Shown one piece after another: positions 61,957 to 64,000 of a stretch of DNA of 64,000 nucleotides. Under the pieces are notes generated by a model that was not told the DNA's origin, did no database searches, and saw only the letters and a program-made list of their open reading frames with translations. Origin of the DNA: Iphione sp. A-MEVVRFRX5 (taxonomy: Eukaryota); assembly GCA_976226885.1 (NCBI GenBank), contig OZ320322.1, positions 49,228,001 through 49,292,000 on the forward strand, written 5' to 3'. The translations under genes were made by a program, and so were the position numbers. Each line of letters starts with the position of its first letter. The first letter of the stretch is position 1.

Positions 61957-62036
61957 AACCAATTAAAAAAAAAGAGTGAGTGAGAGCATTGCATCAGTCA
62001 TTCAGTGTGTTTAGATGGAACAACACCTGTAGAAAT

Positions 62037-62696
62037 ATGGAGATAGCGATTCCGGAGTACGTATTTGCAACCCCGTCCACCATTATGATCAGTGGAGCCA
62101 CATCATCGGGTAAAACCCATTTTGTTAAAAGAATGATTGAGAAGAGAGAGGAGATGTTTCAGGCTCCTATACCAGAGAGGATCATCTATTGCTATGGAGT
62201 ATGGCAGAGCGCATTCGAAGACCTATTAGGTGTGGTCAAATTTCGTGAAGGTCCCAACATAGATGACGTAGGAGGAGGAGGAGTGGGAGGAGAAGGTGAT
62301 GGTGGAGGGGGAACTCTGCTTATATTAGATGATTTGATGGATGAGGTTGTTCAGAGCGCCAAAATCGCCAAGCTGTTCACACGCGGATCGCATCACAAAC
62401 AGATCACAGTCGTCTATCTCAATCAAAACGCATTCTGTCAAGGCAAGTGTGCCAGATCAATCGCTCTCAATTCACAGTATATGATTCTCTTCAGAAATCC
62501 TCGGGACGTCCATCAGATAGGTCGATTGAGCAGTCAGTTGGGCATGCCAGAGGTGAAGGCGGCCTATTCAGACGCTACCAAGGAGCCATTTGGATATCTG
62601 GTGATTGACTTGCATCCACGTAACAACACAGAGGTGAAACTGACTAGTAAGGTCTTTCCGGGAGAACTTCTCATTTGGTATAAATCGTTGTCATAG
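62037..62696 (+). CDS. Packaging ATPase of element B (219 aa) with Gly-rich insertion before Walker B
   Basis: ATG 62037 aligns with 3307; GATSSGKT, LLILDD, GSHH. Confidence 0.93.
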   Translation: MEIAIPEYVFATPSTIMISGATSSGKTHFVKRMIEKREEMFQAPIPERIIYCYGVWQSAFEDLLGVVKFREGPNIDDVGGGGVGGEGDGGGGTLLILDDLMDEVVQSAKIAKLFTRGSHHKQITVVYLNQNAFCQGKCARSIALNSQYMILFRNPRDVHQIGRLSSQLGMPEVKAAYSDATKEPFGYLVIDLHPRNNTEVKLTSKVFPGELLIWYKSLS

Positions 62697-62698
62697 CC

Positions 62699-63253
62699 AT
62701 GTCAAGTATCAGACTGTGGGAACACGCCAGTTTTGTGCGTCTCGTGTTGACTAGTCCTAGTCGAAAACAGGTAGAGGCGCTGTTTGATACGGCGACAACA
62801 GGTCAGCTAGACGCGCTCACAGAGATCATTCATAACTTACTGGTGTTGCCAGTGCGGGAGGATGTCAGACGATATATGGACAAGAGAAAGAGCCTTTTGG
62901 TTAAACTGGTGAGTCACAACCTGTCATATAGAGCCAAGTCGGCAATTGTGAGTAAACATTACCGTCAACTATTGCACTTGATCAGGTCAGTCAAGGACGA
63001 ACTCTGGAAGTTGTCAGAAGGTTCCAGCCGACCGTCAACACCGTTACTAGTGTCAGACTCTGAAGACGAAGAAAAAGGAGAAGAGGGGGAAGGAGAGGAC
63101 ACGGTGGACATAGTGGGCAGTGGCGATGGTGGTGACAGAGGTGTTGCTTTTGCCACAGTTCTACCAGACATAGAAGACACCCATTCGGTGGACACGACGG
63201 GGAGTAGAAGAGGAGAAGGTGTTGCTTTCGCCGCTGTTCTACCGACGGTATGA
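62699..63253 (+). CDS. Homolog of 4125..4580 (184 aa) with internally duplicated acidic tail
   Basis: Shared N-terminal ~105 aa; tail has GVAFA(T/A)VLP twice. Confidence 0.8.
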   Translation: MSSIRLWEHASFVRLVLTSPSRKQVEALFDTATTGQLDALTEIIHNLLVLPVREDVRRYMDKRKSLLVKLVSHNLSYRAKSAIVSKHYRQLLHLIRSVKDELWKLSEGSSRPSTPLLVSDSEDEEKGEEGEGEDTVDIVGSGDGGDRGVAFATVLPDIEDTHSVDTTGSRRGEGVAFAAVLPTV

Positions 63254-63687
63254 GGAAACTGGTCTGTATTCCATATGAACGCTATTTAGTTTTAGTACGT
63301 CAGTATAAGGAAGAAGAGCAACATAGGAAGAAGAGGGGGGAGGAGGAGGAGAAGGAGGAGGAGGGGGATGGTTTGGTGACAGTAACACAATCACCATCGA
63401 GCACTACAACACTGTCTGCGACTGCGACTGCGTCGCCTTTACATAAAGAAAAAGATCGGGTGCGCGGAGCTGGTACAGCGCCGGTGGAGTCCCTCACTTC
63501 GAGTGAGCAAGCGCTTCCACGATGCGAGGCGGGCAACGGCGACGCCAGCGTCAACACCATGAGCGGCGTAAAAACAACACTAACCCGCCCAGGAAAGCAA
63601 CAACAACCGCCACCTCCAGGTATTCCGGCAAAGAAAAGACAAAAGAAGAGGAAGTTGGATTGGACAGAGGGATGGACGAGTATTTGA
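63250..63687 (+). CDS. Homolog of 4628..5272 (145 aa)
   Basis: MRKLVCIPYERYL ... PPPPGIP ... LDWTEGWTSI; ATGA overlap with the upstream ORF. Confidence 0.72.
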   Translation: MRKLVCIPYERYLVLVRQYKEEEQHRKKRGEEEEKEEEGDGLVTVTQSPSSTTTLSATATASPLHKEKDRVRGAGTAPVESLTSSEQALPRCEAGNGDASVNTMSGVKTTLTRPGKQQQPPPPGIPAKKRQKKRKLDWTEGWTSI

Positions 63688-64000
63688 AACGAATTTATTA
63701 CAATCCAAACGAACCAGCTGCATTCGGTGGAGCACGTGTGCTGTACAGGCGCGCCCGCTCGGACGGTCAATCATACACATTGGGACAGATCGAGGACTGG
63801 TTGCGTGCCCAAGAAACCTACACGCTTTTTGCCCCTTCTACCACCACCGGTACAGTCAGGCGTCCGCGTGTGGTTGTATCTGACAAGTTTGATCAGTTCG
63901 ACGCCGACACAGCCAACATGAGTATGTGGCGACGTTCTAATGGTGGTGTGGGATATTTCCTGGTTGTCATAGACATCTTCACTCGATATGCATGGACTCG
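63672..64000 (+). CDS. int: Integrase of element B, N-terminal ~109 aa (cut by the window end; absent from the ORF track)
   Basis: Manual translation MDEYLKRIYYNPNEPAAFGGARVLYRR...KFDQFDADTANM...FLVVIDIFTRYAWT aligns to 5257 onward. Confidence 0.93.
   Translation, partial: MDEYLKRIYYNPNEPAAFGGARVLYRRARSDGQSYTLGQIEDWLRAQETYTLFAPSTTTGTVRRPRVVVSDKFDQFDADTANMSMWRRSNGGVGYFLVVIDIFTRYAWT

Larger units (their letters stand above)
55230..64000 (+). mobile_element. Polinton/Maverick endogenous virus, element B; right part lies outside the window
   Basis: Left terminus AGTAGTGTAGTATGTGCGACCCTTGGACA at 55230, followed by pPolB, ATPase, two small ORFs and integrase in the same order as element A. Confidence 0.95.

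Noticed and set aside
1-64000. CRISPR arrays, rRNA or tRNA genes, prokaryotic operons
   Set aside because: No regularly spaced repeat-spacer array or RNA-gene signature seen; the context is eukaryotic.

Overview
This is animal (probably invertebrate) genomic DNA; the host cannot be identified from the sequence. It holds two related but clearly diverged Polinton/Maverick (adintovirus-like) endogenous viruses in the same orientation. Element A runs from before the window to a right terminus at 17991. Element B starts at a left terminus at 55230 and runs past the window end. Both termini share AGTAGTGTAGT...ACCCTTGGACA. Element A carries pPolB, packaging ATPase, two conserved small ORFs, rve+chromo integrase, penton, a basic core-like protein, double-jelly-roll capsid and adenain-type protease, all with intact frames, followed by an accessory block. 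Main observations: (1) both pPolB genes carry an in-frame C-terminal NADAR/YbiA-like domain; (2) pPolB and all three accessory genes appear to be split by GT-AG introns (9 predicted) that the ORF track misses, while structural genes are intronless; (3) the accessory block encodes two divergent LRRNT-capped type I membrane proteins, one of which splices into a ~940-aa Ser/Thr/Pro cytoplasmic tail ending in RRLF, GYNLR and RRSARL motifs. The 37 kb between the elements has no recognisable host exon. It contains TA-flanked CAGT-TIR MITEs, a 5'-truncated Ngaro-type tyrosine-recombinase retrotransposon flanked by a 122-bp duplication, microsatellites and enhancer-like motif clusters. All domain calls are by-eye motif recognition; no searches were run.
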